Assembly: GCA_023263845.1 (NCBI GenBank)
Contig: JALQUH010000013.1
Coordinates: forward strand, 1 to 47,697
From: Candidatus Nanopelagicales bacterium
GTDB taxonomy: Bacteria > Actinomycetota > Actinomycetes > S36-B12
Length of the DNA: 47,697 nucleotides
Direction: 5' to 3'
Shown here: piece after piece, positions 36,459 through 45,379 of the stretch
Numbering within the stretch: the first letter of the stretch is position 1
How the letters are laid out: each line of letters starts with the position of its first letter
Made by a program: the position numbers and the translations under genes
Notes under the pieces: model-generated
Told to the model about the DNA's origin: nothing
What the model saw: only the letters and a program-made list of their open reading frames with translations
Database searches by the model: none

Positions 36459-37693
36459 CGGACACTTCCCGGATGCGACGCGAAACCGCGGTTCTGCACG
36501 GAGTCACCGCCCACGGCGGTGCGCCAGGCGGCAGCGATCGATCCGGCGCGGTCGGTGAGTGCCGCGGCCTGCCAGCCTTCAGCCCGTAGCCGATCTGTGG
36601 CTTTGTCGGTCGAGGTGGTGGCGGAGTCGTGCCAGGCGGCGGTGTCGACGATGAGTGCGATTCCGTGCTGACGGGTCGTGGCCACCTGCAGGAGTGAGTC
36701 AGGGCGACTGGTGAGGACCGCGATCGTCAGGTCCGGACCGGGGTGGACAGCGCCGGCCTGCGTCGAGGCATCCACGAGGGCGAGCGCCTCGAGGATCGCC
36801 GCCGCACCGGGGGCGCCGGTGGCCTGGGGAACCAGGGTGCGTCCATCCGTCGACGTCACCTTGACCCGCCACCCGTCGCGCAACAGGTGTAGGGCCACGC
36901 TCGCGGCCGCGCTGAGGGCCACCTCGAGGGAGGCCCGCGGGCCCTCGCCCACGTGATGCTGCGTGGTGAGGTCGATGACGATGGTCGCTTGCCGGGTCCA
37001 GGGGCGTTCCTCGCGACGCACCATGAGCGCGCCGGTGCGTGCGGTCGCACGCCAATGCACGCGACGCAGGTCATCGCCGAGTTGGTACTCGCGCGGGATG
37101 ACGTCATCGTCACCGCGGGATGCCAATGATGCGGTGGCGGCATCGCCGGTCGCACGATGGTCAGCCTCGTGGGTGCCGTCGAGTTCTTCGATCCACGGCA
37201 CCACGAGAACCCCCTCGGTCGCCGTGAATGAACGCCGCAGTCGAACCATCCCGAAGGGGTCGATCGCGGTGACCGCGAGCGGCCCCACCTCGTGGTAGCC
37301 GCGCCGTTCGGCGTGGATGGGATAGCGAGTCGCGCGGAGGCCTTGCGGCGGGACGCGCTCAATGACGCGCCTAGCACTGATCCCGAGATCGGCCGGAACA
37401 TGGTCTTCGAGGAGCAGCGTGCCGGTGCGGATGGGGGAGAGGTTGGTCAGCACGAGTTCGACTTCGGCGGTAGTGCCGACTGGAACCCGTGCGGGGGTGA
37501 CGATCCGCCGTGCGCCAAGGCGCAGATGTGTACGAGCGACGAAGGCGGCGGCGATGAGGGGCAGTACGACGAGCAGCACCGCGATGCGCAGAACGTCGCG
37601 CTGGCCCGAAAGTCCGGCACCGACACCGAGGCCGAGACCGACGGCAATGAGGGCGCGACCGCGGAAGGTGATGGCGGCGAGGGCGGCCTTCAC
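36455..37693 (-). CDS. DUF58 domain protein
   Basis: Motifs DPFG and REYQLGDDLRRVHWRATAR-x-G-x-LMVR-x-EE. Confidence 0.93.
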   Translation of the reverse strand: MKAALAAITFRGRALIAVGLGLGVGAGLSGQRDVLRIAVLLVVLPLIAAAFVARTHLRLGARRIVTPARVPVGTTAEVELVLTNLSPIRTGTLLLEDHVPADLGISARRVIERVPPQGLRATRYPIHAERRGYHEVGPLAVTAIDPFGMVRLRRSFTATEGVLVVPWIEELDGTHEADHRATGDAATASLASRGDDDVIPREYQLGDDLRRVHWRATARTGALMVRREERPWTRQATIVIDLTTQHHVGEGPRASLEVALSAAASVALHLLRDGWRVKVTSTDGRTLVPQATGAPGAAAILEALALVDASTQAGAVHPGPDLTIAVLTSRPDSLLQVATTRQHGIALIVDTAAWHDSATTSTDKATDRLRAEGWQAAALTDRAGSIAAAWRTAVGGDSVQNRGFASHPGSVR

Positions 37694-38673
37694 GGTCCGG
37701 CGGGGATCGGGACGCGGGCGACGATCTCGCGGACGATGGATTCTGAGGTGGCGCGGGCTAGGTGCGCATCGGTGCTCAGCACGAGCCGGTGGGCCAGCAC
37801 CGGTACGGCAAGCGATTGAACATCGTCGGGGAGGACGTGAGCGCGTCCGGCGAGCGCCGCGGAGGCTCGCGCAGCACGGACCAGATGCAGCGCTGAGCGC
37901 GGCGAAGCTCCCAGGCGAACCTGCGGGTGTGTCCGTGTCGCGGTCACGAGGTCAACGACGTAGGCATGCAGCGCCGGAGCGACATGGACCGCGCGCACGG
38001 CATCAACCATCGCGCGAACTTCAGTGGCGTCGGTGACCGGCGCGATGGCTTCCAGTGGGTCGTCTGCCCCGTGTGCTTCGAGCATGGCGATCTCGCTAGT
38101 GCGATCGGGGTAGCCCATCGACAGTCGCGCCATGAAGCGGTCACGCTGCGCTTCCGGCAGCGGATAGGTACCTTCCATCTCCGCGGGGTTCTGCGTCGCG
38201 ACCACCATGAAGGGCCGGCCGAGCAGGTACGTCGTACCGTCCACTGTTGCCTGTCCCTCTTCCATGCACTCCAGCAGCGCGGACTGGGTCTTGGGGGAGG
38301 CGCGGTTGATCTCATCGGCGATGACGACGTTGGCGAAGATCGCGCCGGGCCGGAACTCAAAGTCGCGGGTGTCCTGGTTGAAGACGCTCACGCCGACGAC
38401 ATCGCCGGGCAGCAGATCGGGGGTGAACTGGATGCGCCTCGCCGAGCAGCCGAGCGAGCGGGCGAGGGACTTGGCGAGGGTGGTCTTGCCGACGCCCGGG
38501 ATGTCCTCGATGAGCAGGTGTCCACCGGCGAGGAGGACGACTAGTGCCGTGCGGACCGCATCGGGCTTGCCGGAGATGACTCGCTGGATGGCCCGCCCCA
38601 CCTCGACGGCTGAGGCCAGCGCCCCGCTCGCGGTTGGCGCGGGGGAACTCTGAGCGAGCGCATCGGAGGTCAT
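37690..38673 (-). CDS. moxR: MoxR family AAA+ ATPase
   Basis: Motifs PGVGKT, RIQFTPDLLP, DEINRA, ATQNP, LPEAQRDRF and GASPR. Confidence 0.95.
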   Translation of the reverse strand: MTSDALAQSSPAPTASGALASAVEVGRAIQRVISGKPDAVRTALVVLLAGGHLLIEDIPGVGKTTLAKSLARSLGCSARRIQFTPDLLPGDVVGVSVFNQDTRDFEFRPGAIFANVVIADEINRASPKTQSALLECMEEGQATVDGTTYLLGRPFMVVATQNPAEMEGTYPLPEAQRDRFMARLSMGYPDRTSEIAMLEAHGADDPLEAIAPVTDATEVRAMVDAVRAVHVAPALHAYVVDLVTATRTHPQVRLGASPRSALHLVRAARASAALAGRAHVLPDDVQSLAVPVLAHRLVLSTDAHLARATSESIVREIVARVPIPAGP

Positions 38674-38750
38674 GCTCGATTCTCACCCGAGTAGGCCCGG
38701 GAGGCCACCCCGAGGGGCCGATCCGGGGCGATCGTGGGCAGGATGGGCCC

Positions 38751-39287
38751 ATGGCAACCGTGCATCCCGCTCAGCTGGGGCGATTCTTCGACGACTACGA
38801 GGTGGGGGACACCTACCAGCACCCGTTCGGTCGGACGATATCCGAGGCCGACTCGACCTGGTTCACGCTGCTGACGTGCAATACGAACCAGAACCACTTC
38901 AATGCCCACCTCGCGGGGTCGAATCCGATCACTCAGGGTCGGATCATCGTCAACTCCGGGTTCACCGTCGCACTTGTCCTCGGCCTGTCGGTCATCGACA
39001 TGAGCCAGAACGCCGTAGCCAACCTGGGCTGGACCGACATCCGCCTCACCCACCCGGTCTACGTCGGCGACACCATCTATGCCGAGAGCATCTGCATCGA
39101 CAAGCGGGAGAGTTCGTCGCGGCCGGAGATGGGCATCATCACGATGCGCACGCGCGGGCTGAATCAGGACGGTGACGAGGTCGTATCGTGGATCCGCACC
39201 GTGATGATCCCGAAGCGTTCGTCCGGGATCGGCCAGGATTACTTCCCCGAGGCCAAGACCGGCCCGCTGACCATGCCGGAGGCATGA
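38751..39287 (+). CDS. MaoC family dehydratase
   Basis: Motifs GRFFDDYEVG, RTISEAD, N-x3-H, ANLGW and PVYVGDT. Confidence 0.9.
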   Translation: MATVHPAQLGRFFDDYEVGDTYQHPFGRTISEADSTWFTLLTCNTNQNHFNAHLAGSNPITQGRIIVNSGFTVALVLGLSVIDMSQNAVANLGWTDIRLTHPVYVGDTIYAESICIDKRESSSRPEMGIITMRTRGLNQDGDEVVSWIRTVMIPKRSSGIGQDYFPEAKTGPLTMPEA

Positions 39288-39670
39288 TGGCTCCCATCGC
39301 TCGACTGCAGCTGACCGCGCTGGACTGCCCGGACCCGGTCGCGCTCGCGGAGTTCTACGCCGCAATCACCGGTTGGGAGGCGACGCGGCCGCACGAGGAT
39401 CACCCCGAGTGGGTGCAGTTGGCCGCGCCGAATGACGGCGTCACGCTGGCCTTCCAGCGGGTGGAGGGCTACTCGGCACCGCAGTGGCCCGGTCAGGAGC
39501 ATCCGCAGCAGTTGCACCTGGACTTCTTGGTGCCCGATCTGGACGCCGGAGAGGCGTCGCTGCTTGCCGTTGGTGCGGTGAAGCATGAGTTCCAGCCGGC
39601 GCCAGACTCATTCCGCATCTACCTTGACCCGGTGGGTCATCCGTTCTGCCTGGTACTGGAGAAGGACTAG
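39284..39670 (+). CDS. VOC / glyoxalase-like protein
   Basis: Motifs LDCPDP-x-ALA-x-FY, LAFQ, QQLHLD and DPVGHPFCL. ATGA overlap with the MaoC gene. Confidence 0.9.
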   Translation: MMAPIARLQLTALDCPDPVALAEFYAAITGWEATRPHEDHPEWVQLAAPNDGVTLAFQRVEGYSAPQWPGQEHPQQLHLDFLVPDLDAGEASLLAVGAVKHEFQPAPDSFRIYLDPVGHPFCLVLEKD

Positions 39671-39733
39671 TCGGCCCGGAGCGGAGCGACTAATCGGCCC
39701 GTAGCGGAGCGACTAATCGGCCTGGAGCGGAGG
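39665..39733. repeat. 23-bp tandem repeat, three copies
   Basis: GACTAGTCGGCCCGGAGCGGAGC / GACTAATCGGCCCGTAGCGGAGC / GACTAATCGGCCTGGAGCGGAGG. Confidence 0.9.
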
Positions 39734-40975
39734 GCCGGAGAGGTCGACAGGGATGGGCCCGTCGCATGCCGGCTTCGCCGGGGTGCCTGCAAAGCGCTCG
39801 GACAGCCAGGTCACGACCTGGGGTCCTGCTGTCTTCGCTGCGGCGAGATGGCCGATCTCACCCATCCACAGCATCGTGAGGTTGGACCCTGCATCGCACC
39901 ACGTGCGCTGAAGATCGGCGTTGGGGGAGGCGAGCACGATCTCGTCGGTGGTGCCCTGGGCGACCATCACCGGCACATCGGCTCGTAGAGGGTCTGGTGT
40001 CTGCTCGCGTACGACGTTCGCCCACAGCGGGGAATCCATCGGGTCGATCGTGTAGTACTGGCCGCCGAGTCCGTCGCGAAGAAGTCCCTCCAGCGCTGCT
40101 GGGGCGATGCACTCGTCGGCGAGACGCTCGGTGTTGTCGATGCCGGCGCCGGTGATCACGCCCTCGATCGGTAGGTCGGGATTGGTCGCCGACCACGCGA
40201 TAGTCGCCTCGGGTCCGATCACCCAACCGACGGCGGTGTCCCACTGGGCACCCACGATCTCGGGGAGCTCGGCTGCCGGGGCAGCTGCAGCCACCGCGAT
40301 GAGGTCAAGCTCGGGGGCGACCTGTTCGGCGAGGTGGCCGGCCCACAGCGACGTGTGTCCACCTTGGGAGTGGCCGAAGACGGCGTACGTCGTGCCGGCA
40401 TCGGCCTCGCCCCAATTGCGCAGGGCGCGCACCGAATTGACTACGTCGTTCACCTCGGCCTGCGCAACGAGGTAGAGCTCGGGCCCCGGAGTGCCGAGGC
40501 CGACGTAGTCGGTGGCGACGACGACCCAGCCCAGCGACATCATCTGCTCGAGCCATCCGGCCATGTCCTCGGTGCCATTGGGATTGCGCGACGGGGCGCA
40601 GGCGTCGCCCATGCCGACGGTGCCGTGCGCCCAAGCCACAACGTTGCGACCGCCGGCCGGCGCCGGGACATCGGGGACGAACACCATGGCTCCCGACGCG
40701 GCCGGAGTGCCGTCGGGGCGTGCGGAGACGTAGAGCATCCGGTACGCCGTGCCGCCTTCGACCACCAAAGTCGAGTCATCGAAGGAGAGAGATTCGACCC
40801 GGATCACGGTGCCGGGATCGGTCGGTAGTGGGCTGGGGGGTGTGTAGAAGGGATCCAGCGACGTCTGCAGGTCCTGCGCTTTCGTGCGTTGCCCCATCAC
40901 CGAGGCCACGCCGAACACGGCTCCGGTCACCAGGGCGGCGAGCAACAGGATTCCTATGACACGGCCGGCCTTCAC
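39713..40975 (-). CDS. Secretory lipase family alpha/beta hydrolase
   Basis: N-terminal signal/TM; motifs AHGTVG, CAPS, TDY-x-GLG, nucleophile GHSQGG, QG-x-x-D and H. Confidence 0.88.
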   Translation of the reverse strand: MKAGRVIGILLLAALVTGAVFGVASVMGQRTKAQDLQTSLDPFYTPPSPLPTDPGTVIRVESLSFDDSTLVVEGGTAYRMLYVSARPDGTPAASGAMVFVPDVPAPAGGRNVVAWAHGTVGMGDACAPSRNPNGTEDMAGWLEQMMSLGWVVVATDYVGLGTPGPELYLVAQAEVNDVVNSVRALRNWGEADAGTTYAVFGHSQGGHTSLWAGHLAEQVAPELDLIAVAAAAPAAELPEIVGAQWDTAVGWVIGPEATIAWSATNPDLPIEGVITGAGIDNTERLADECIAPAALEGLLRDGLGGQYYTIDPMDSPLWANVVREQTPDPLRADVPVMVAQGTTDEIVLASPNADLQRTWCDAGSNLTMLWMGEIGHLAAAKTAGPQVVTWLSERFAGTPAKPACDGPIPVDLSGPPLQAD

Positions 40976-41053
40976 ACACGACAGGTTACGGCCATACGGG
41001 CGTGACGTGATGCCTTCGGTCGGGATCGCCCTGATCAGCAGCCGGAGGGTGGG

Positions 41054-42076
41054 CTACTCGGTGAACGTCACCGAGCCGCGCTCGGCGTCGTACGTCACGG
41101 TGAAGGCGGAGTACATCGCCGAGCCGGCGTTGATGAGGTTCGGCCCCTTCGGACTTACCTTGACCGCGTTGAGTCCGAAGACCTTGCCCGCGTCGAAGTT
41201 CCACAGGTAGAAGGCTGCTCCGGGGGCACCCATCGACACGGGCGTGCCGGTGTCCAGTAGACCGATGCGGCCCGTCGGCAGCCCCGCGAAATCACCGCCC
41301 TTCACGAACATGAATGGCGCCATGGAGTCGAAGTACGTCGGCACGCAGGTGCGATCAAGGTCGCCGAACTGCCAACAGACCGGGGCCGCCTTGTCGTTCC
41401 AGTACTCCCCACCGGTTGCCGAGATGCCCTGGCTCATCAGCGGGATGGTCGCGACCGCTTCGGCGGACGGGAGTGCGCCAAGGACAAGTTCACCGGTGCC
41501 GCCGGTGCGCAGTTTGTTCGGGTAGAAGCGCAAGCTCCAGTGAGCGCTCACGGCACCGGGAAGCAAGGTCAGCGGGTTGACGAGCTGCTGATCGGACAGG
41601 CCGATCCCCAGAACTCCCTGGATTCCGGACTTGACGGCGGACTTGGTCCACGAGTTGGAGTCCATCCACATGAAGTCGATGGGGAACTTCGCGTGGACAC
41701 CGGAGATGGCGAACGGCGCCGTACCGACGCGGCCGCTGAGTCGTTGACCGTCCAAGACCCACGAGATCTTCTTCTTGGTGATGTTCACTCCGGCAGGAGT
41801 CGTCTTCCACGCGCCCGGGAGAAGTCGGAGGCCCACGGAGCCGGTGTCGACGGCTACTCGGATTGGCTGGGAGTCGCCGATCGTGATCAGCGCCATGCCG
41901 TAAAGACCGCGCGTCTTGGGTGCCTTGATGAGCTTGAGGGGCACCTGCACCAGCACAGGCTCGCCGGGAGTCGCCGGGGCGACCGGAGCGGGAGCGGCCG
42001 AGGCGGCCACGGGCACCAGGGCGATCGCGGCGGCGGTAGCTCCGGCAAGGATGAGGCGCGCGGCGCGGAAGGTCAT
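41054..42076 (-). CDS. Secreted pepsin-like aspartic peptidase homolog
   Basis: Signal peptide; VDTGS; GVLGIG; GELVLG; second motif FDSM; C-terminal INAG...F-x-V-x-YD. Confidence 0.7.
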   Translation of the reverse strand: MTFRAARLILAGATAAAIALVPVAASAAPAPVAPATPGEPVLVQVPLKLIKAPKTRGLYGMALITIGDSQPIRVAVDTGSVGLRLLPGAWKTTPAGVNITKKKISWVLDGQRLSGRVGTAPFAISGVHAKFPIDFMWMDSNSWTKSAVKSGIQGVLGIGLSDQQLVNPLTLLPGAVSAHWSLRFYPNKLRTGGTGELVLGALPSAEAVATIPLMSQGISATGGEYWNDKAAPVCWQFGDLDRTCVPTYFDSMAPFMFVKGGDFAGLPTGRIGLLDTGTPVSMGAPGAAFYLWNFDAGKVFGLNAVKVSPKGPNLINAGSAMYSAFTVTYDAERGSVTFTE

Positions 42077-42186
42077 GTGGACGACCCTACGGCGTGTGTC
42101 CACTTCAGACCCCCGTGCTGGCGCGGTACCCAAAGTCAGTCTTGGGCCTGGGTCAGTCCTGGGCGCGGGTCAATCGTGGGCGTGGA

Positions 42187-42492
42187 TCATTCTTTGGCGA
42201 AGATGTGCACGAGATCCAGCGCCTCACGTATTGGTTCCTCGGTGAGGTGAGGTTCGGCCAACTCACGGAAGCGCACGAAGACACTCTCATCCACGGCTTC
42301 CTCGGCCTCGAGGTCGGACTCGAAGATGCCGATGCCGCGAATCACCGACCCGTCGCGATCTCCCGTGACCAAGATGAGGTCCTCGGTGGGATTGGCAATG
42401 CCGAACTCGTCGGCGAACTCAATGTAGGCGGCAAGGACGTCGTCGTAGGCCTCAGGGCGGACGAACATCGTGTACTCGATGACAGTGCTCAT
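42187..42492 (-). CDS. Small acidic hypothetical protein (possibly ABM-like alpha/beta barrel)
   Basis: Coding-like composition; TAGTGT is 7 nt before ATG 42492. The fold is a guess. Confidence 0.6.
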   Translation of the reverse strand: MSTVIEYTMFVRPEAYDDVLAAYIEFADEFGIANPTEDLILVTGDRDGSVIRGIGIFESDLEAEEAVDESVFVRFRELAEPHLTEEPIREALDLVHIFAKE

Positions 42493-42556
42493 GGAGCGAA
42501 CACTAGTGGCCTCGGGATCCGCGCCTTTTGGGCCTGATCGAGTCTGCGCCGAGCGG

Positions 42557-43165
42557 CTAGCGGCGGCGGGCGGCCGTCCAGAGGTATTGCTGAGTGTCGC
42601 CATCGGGTCGGACGTGGTCTGCGATGTTGCTCGACACCCGCTCGAATTCCGTGCCGAGTAGTCGGTCGATCATCGCCACGTCGTAACGACGCACCGGCAG
42701 TCCGGCACACATCTGCGGGCCCTCGGGTCCGAAGACTCCGATGATGGCGACGGACCCCGGATGCGTGCCGGCCAGCAACGTCGCGCGATAGCGCTCGACG
42801 TCGGCGTCGTCGAGCAGGAAGTGCAGGACCGCGCGGTCATGCCACACGTCGTACTCGCGTGGCGGGGACCACGTTCGTAGGTCTGCCTCGATCCAGGTGA
42901 CAGAGTCGGCGGCGGCGCCGAGTCGCTCCCGCGCGATCGCGAGGCCGACCGGGGAGTGGTCGACGCAGGTGATGTCGGTGAAGCCCAGAGCGGTGAGGTC
43001 ATCGACCAGGACGCTGGCGCCTGCGCCGATGTCGACGATCGATGCGTCGGTCCCGACCTCGAGTTGGTCGAGCATGTCCACCGACCTGGCTGCCTGCGGC
43101 TGATACCAGCCTCGTGTCGTGTCGCCGGCGGCGTACGCCGTGTCCCAATGTGTCGGTGTCGACAT
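42557..43165 (-). CDS. Class I SAM-dependent methyltransferase
   Basis: Motifs HWD-x-x-Y, IVDIGAGAS-x-LVD, YDVWHDRAVLHFL and GP-x-x-C-x-GL. GGGAG RBS. Confidence 0.9.
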   Translation of the reverse strand: MSTPTHWDTAYAAGDTTRGWYQPQAARSVDMLDQLEVGTDASIVDIGAGASVLVDDLTALGFTDITCVDHSPVGLAIARERLGAAADSVTWIEADLRTWSPPREYDVWHDRAVLHFLLDDADVERYRATLLAGTHPGSVAIIGVFGPEGPQMCAGLPVRRYDVAMIDRLLGTEFERVSSNIADHVRPDGDTQQYLWTAARRR

Positions 43166-43187
43166 CGCGTCTCCCTTCTGCCGAGGT

Positions 43188-44252
43188 TCAGTCGATGGGC
43201 AGGGTGCCAAGGTCGTGTTCGATGACGTCGCGGTCCTCATCGTCGAGATCCACGGCGATGCGGTAGGACAGATTGCGCTGCTCGCGTGCGGCGTCCATGT
43301 CACCGAGGACGGCGTACGCGCGGGCCATCGCTTCGTGCGCCGACGCGGGGACGAACTCATCCACGCGCTCGGCATCGCAGATGGCGAGCGCACGTTGAGC
43401 GTGCGCCAGCGCAGCCGCCCCATCTCCGAGGACGGCGTGCACACGGCTGCACTGCCACTCCCCGATCGCCCACTGCGTGGGGGCACCGACGCGTCGCCAG
43501 TGCCACAGGCTGGCGAGGGCGCACTGCACCATGGCGGCAGCCTGGTCGGTATCGCGTTCGGTCAGGTCGAGCAGGCGCCATGTTGCGTGGAACAGGTCCA
43601 TGGCGATCTGTCGTTCGCGATCCAGTGAAGGCTCGCCGAGGCCGTCGGAGGTCAGAAAGCGCGGGCCATCGGGTGTCTCGAAGGCGGCAATGAGTCCGGG
43701 GCCGAGGTCGGCCTGAACGGTGACGGGGCCGATGAGGTCGATCGACTCCAGGAGGGCACGAACGCGCACGACATCGGGGTGGAAAAGCGTGAGCGAGATG
43801 AACCTCAGAGGCGAGTCGGGCAACAGTGGGGGAGCGACGTCCCAACTGATGATGGACGGTGCGACACCATCGGCGCGAAGGCGCCCATCTGCCGGAATAC
43901 CGATCCGCCAGGTGAGGTCTCCGCGCTGCATGGGCGTGACCTCACCGAGGTTCTCGCTCGGTGACAGGGCGGCAACGTCGGACGTGCGGACCACCCAGTG
44001 GTGCAGGGCTGCGGGCCCGCTGAACTCGTCGAGGCCGAACCAGCGTGGTCGGTCCGGTGTTGCTCCCGACGGGTCTATGGCGATGGCTTCGAGGTAGGTG
44101 CCGTGCCCTGTCGCGACAACCTGATTGTGCGTGCCCATCCGAGCGTGTTGCCCTCCGCCGAGAGGACTCACCCCGAGCGTCGACTCGATGGCTGCCGCTG
44201 CTTCGGTCAGCGTCGATCCGGCGACCACGAGGTGATCGATGACGCTGGGCAT
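43188..44252 (-). CDS. VOC (glyoxalase_3-like) domain fused to a helical TPR-like domain
   Basis: N-terminal DHLVV, GG-x-H-x-x-MGTHN, YLE-x-IAIDP and RWFGLD. C-terminal ~140 aa helical domain (LF-x-x-TW...AS-x-x-HW...GEWQ-x-SRV...EA-x-ARA). Confidence 0.85.
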   Translation of the reverse strand: MPSVIDHLVVAGSTLTEAAAAIESTLGVSPLGGGQHARMGTHNQVVATGHGTYLEAIAIDPSGATPDRPRWFGLDEFSGPAALHHWVVRTSDVAALSPSENLGEVTPMQRGDLTWRIGIPADGRLRADGVAPSIISWDVAPPLLPDSPLRFISLTLFHPDVVRVRALLESIDLIGPVTVQADLGPGLIAAFETPDGPRFLTSDGLGEPSLDRERQIAMDLFHATWRLLDLTERDTDQAAAMVQCALASLWHWRRVGAPTQWAIGEWQCSRVHAVLGDGAAALAHAQRALAICDAERVDEFVPASAHEAMARAYAVLGDMDAAREQRNLSYRIAVDLDDEDRDVIEHDLGTLPID

Positions 44253-44318
44253 GTCGGCACAGTACCGCTGACCAGAACACTGCAGGTCGCACGCGCAGGG
44301 CGCGGCTACGCTCACCGG

Positions 44319-45140
44319 GTGACCTCCACACCGGCCACCGCGCGCACTGCGTCCTTGGGCGACCTTGGCGTGGGTGGTGGCGCGGGCCTAACCGGCGGGC
44401 TCTTTGGCGTTGGCGGCGGACTGGTCCTGGTCCCCTACCTCGTCCTTGTCCGGCACTGGCCGCAGAAGCAGGCCCAGGCCACTTCGCTCGTGGCGGTCGC
44501 GATGTCGGCCATCGCGGGGGCGGCGACGTACGCCGTCTTTGGCTCGGTGGCCTGGCTCGCCTTCCCCTTCATCCTGGTCGGGGGACTGGCCGGCGCCGTG
44601 ATGGGCAGTGCCGCGGTGCGCCGGATCCACCCCTGGGCACTGCAACTGGGCTTCTCCGTGGTCATCGTGCTCACCGCCCTCAAGCTCGCGTTCACCCCCG
44701 CGGCGGACGACACGGTCGCGAATGTCCCGGACCTCACGGTGGGAATGGCGTTCGGGTACCTCGGCGCCGGATTGGTGATGGGTGTCTTGTCGGCGCTGCT
44801 CGGCATCGGTGGGGGGCTTGTCCTCGTGCCCGTCCTGGTCACCCTTTTCGACTACACCCCGCACCTGGCGGCCGGTACGTCGCTCGCGGTCATGGTCCTG
44901 ATCGCGTTGACCGGTGCGGCGCGCCAGACCAAGCCGGGCTTCACCCTGTGGGGTCGTGGTGTCATCCTCGGGGTTGCCAGCGCGGTCGGCGCCTTCCTTG
45001 GTGCTCGGATCGCCCTCGTGCTGCCGATGCAGGTTCTGGTGTGGCTGTTCGCTGTTCTGCTCACGGTCGTGGCGGTCCGGATGTTCTGGTCGGGGTGGCA
45101 GGGTCGCAAGGCGGCGCTCGAGGCGCACGCAGCCACGTGA
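44319..45140 (+). CDS. TauE/SafE family sulfite exporter
   Basis: Duplicated G-x-x-G-x-GGG-x3-VP and A-x-x-TSL motifs. TACGCT is 6 nt before the GTG. Confidence 0.9.
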   Translation: MTSTPATARTASLGDLGVGGGAGLTGGLFGVGGGLVLVPYLVLVRHWPQKQAQATSLVAVAMSAIAGAATYAVFGSVAWLAFPFILVGGLAGAVMGSAAVRRIHPWALQLGFSVVIVLTALKLAFTPAADDTVANVPDLTVGMAFGYLGAGLVMGVLSALLGIGGGLVLVPVLVTLFDYTPHLAAGTSLAVMVLIALTGAARQTKPGFTLWGRGVILGVASAVGAFLGARIALVLPMQVLVWLFAVLLTVVAVRMFWSGWQGRKAALEAHAAT

Positions 45141-45220
45141 TGTGATTCCGGACGGCGTCCGGGAGATTCGGTCCTTGTAGATGTGCACAGCGTGGTCGTG
45201 AAGATTTCGCCAGTTCGACA

Positions 45221-45298
45221 GTTGTGCGGGCAGCCCCCAGCCGTTTACGGTGAGCGCGGCCCCTCACCGGATCCCCCCCGAACCGGTGAGGGGCCTCG
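45221..45298 (+). ncRNA. 6C-like small RNA (two hairpins with C-rich loops)
   Basis: Imperfect stem with loop AGCCCCCA (45232-45239), then a perfect 13-bp stem GGCCCCTCACCGG/CCGGTGAGGGGCC with loop ATCCCCCCCGAA. Intergenic. Confidence 0.62.
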
Positions 45299-45379
45299 TC
45301 ATGCCCGGAACGACGATTGGCGAAGTCGAACCGCGAATGGTGGCACGCCGGTCTGCGGTTTGCGGTCGGCAACGGCCTC

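Noticed and set aside
34161-38673. MoxR - DUF58 - transglutaminase operon as a novel system
   Set aside because: It is a widespread, already described gene triad, here in its usual actinobacterial position next to DUF3040.
39665-39733. Mini CRISPR array
   Set aside because: The repeats are contiguous with no spacers, and there are no cas genes.
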